Source of the DNA: Eledone cirrhosa
Lineage: Eukaryota
DNA: 64,000 nucleotides
Assembly (NCBI GenBank): GCA_964016885.1
Contig: OZ024742.1
Coordinates: 9,796,001 to 9,860,000 of the forward strand
Direction: 5' to 3'
The notes under the pieces were generated by a model. It was given only the letters and a program-made list of their open reading frames with translations. It was not told where the DNA came from and searched no databases. Position 1 is the first letter of the stretch, and every line of letters begins with the position of its first letter. This document shows, piece by piece, positions 62,401-64,000 of the stretch. Made by a program: the position numbers and the translations under genes.

Positions 62401-62520
62401 CTACAGCTACCCCCAACCTAACCACTACCACTATAACACTACCACAATCTCCACCATCACCACTACTATCACTACTACAGCTACCCCCAACGTCACCACT
62501 ACCACAATCTCCACCATCAC
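59480..62520. repeat. 74-bp minisatellite, about 40 copies
   Basis: Unit CCACCATCACCACTACTATCACTACTACAGCTACCCCCAACGTCACCACTACCACTATAACACTACCACAATCT; period checked between 59711 and 59785. Confidence 0.93.
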
Positions 62521-62737
62521 TACTACAACTATAACCACCACTACCATTACTACTACAACCACCACCAACAATAACCCTACGACTACAACCATAACTTCAC
62601 CAACCTCCACTAAAACCCCACCACCACCACCACCACCAACAACAACAACATCATCATCATCACCAAAACCACTACCAACATCATCATCACAAAAACCAAC
62701 AACAACAGAAGCTATATCAATAAATATAATAATGAAA

Positions 62738-62929
62738 ATAACCGTTTCTACTTTTGGCACAAGGCCAGCAATTACTCAGTGCATTACTGGTACTTTATTT
62801 TATCGACCCCGTAAGGATGAAAAGCAAAGTTAACCTCGGCGGGATTTGAACTCAGAATGGCAAGGGCCGTAACTCTATATTAGAAAGCATGGCGTCCGAC
62901 CCTCTACCGATACTTCCAATCCACCGCCC
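62738..62929 (-). mobile_element. Nin-core SINE (tandem copy 1)
   Basis: Reverse complement of the 7535-7718 family. Confidence 0.85.
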
Positions 62930-62941
62930 TATAATAATGAA

Positions 62942-63122
62942 AATAATTGTTTCTACTTTTAGCACAAGGCCAGCAATTACCAGTACATTACTGGTACTTT
63001 ATTGTATCGACCCCGTATGGATGAAAGGCAAAGTTAACCTCGGCGGGATTTGAACTCAGATCATAAAGGGACGTAACTATGCTGGAAAGCATGTCCGAGC
63101 CTCTACCGATACTGCCAATTCA
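62942..63122 (-). mobile_element. Nin-core SINE (tandem copy 2)
   Basis: Reverse complement of the 7535-7718 family; head-to-tail with copy 1. Confidence 0.85.
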
Positions 63123-63216
63123 CTGAAAATAATTATTAAAAACATGGGGTGATAATGAATGAGACGACAATGGTGACGTCATTATAACACTAAAGACAAC
63201 AATAAATATATAGAGT

Positions 63217-63791
<575 letters not shown>

Positions 63792-63876
63792 AAAAGGTAA
63801 ACAGAAATAACAACACAATCGGTACAGTATATGGAAGGGATATATTAGGTTAACGCTTGATATAGCAGGAAGAAGG

Positions 63877-63912
63877 TCTTAACGTTTCGGAAGCTAGTCC
63901 TTCATCAGAAGA
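63877..63912 (-). ncRNA. Minimal type I hammerhead in the pLTR end of a further PLE that runs out of the window
   Basis: Reverse complement: TCTT-CTGATGA-A-GGA-CTAGCT-TCC-GAAA-CG-TT-AAGA; ends about 90 nt from (GT)n/(TA)n. Confidence 0.78.
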
Positions 63913-64000
63913 AAGAATGAGAAAGAAGATAGATTGAGGGGACGGGCGGGTTGGAATTGGAAAAAATGTCTTTAGATAAAAATAACAGATCCATTCATGT

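Overview
Repeat-dominated animal genomic DNA. The SINE families and microsatellite load suggest an octopus or other coleoid cephalopod (inference). No intact host gene can be proven. Main contents: (1) a near-full-length but disabled Tx1-type LINE (about 504-6127); (2) three 5'-truncated Penelope-like elements (PLEs), one Neptune-like and two Naiad-like, each bracketed by inverted pLTR arms and embedded in (TA)n; (3) at least six short fold-back elements of 70-460 bp in or next to (TA)n that look like MITEs but carry whole or partial minimal hammerhead ribozymes (HHRs). About 13 HHR motifs from several families were read directly from the sequence; (4) a 24.5-kb array of a 12-bp unit (GGTGGTTGTGTT) with a 144-bp higher-order repeat, bounded on the minus strand by acceptor-like and GTAAGT donor-like signals, possibly a giant mucin-type exon or pseudo-exon; (5) tRNA-derived SINEs, an RTE fragment and several minisatellites. 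The best candidate for an undescribed system is the graded series of HHR-bearing, (TA)n-targeted fold-back elements, which share an asymmetric long-arm/short-arm architecture and a conserved tail hairpin. All pairings and coordinates were derived by eye; no folding or database searches were run.
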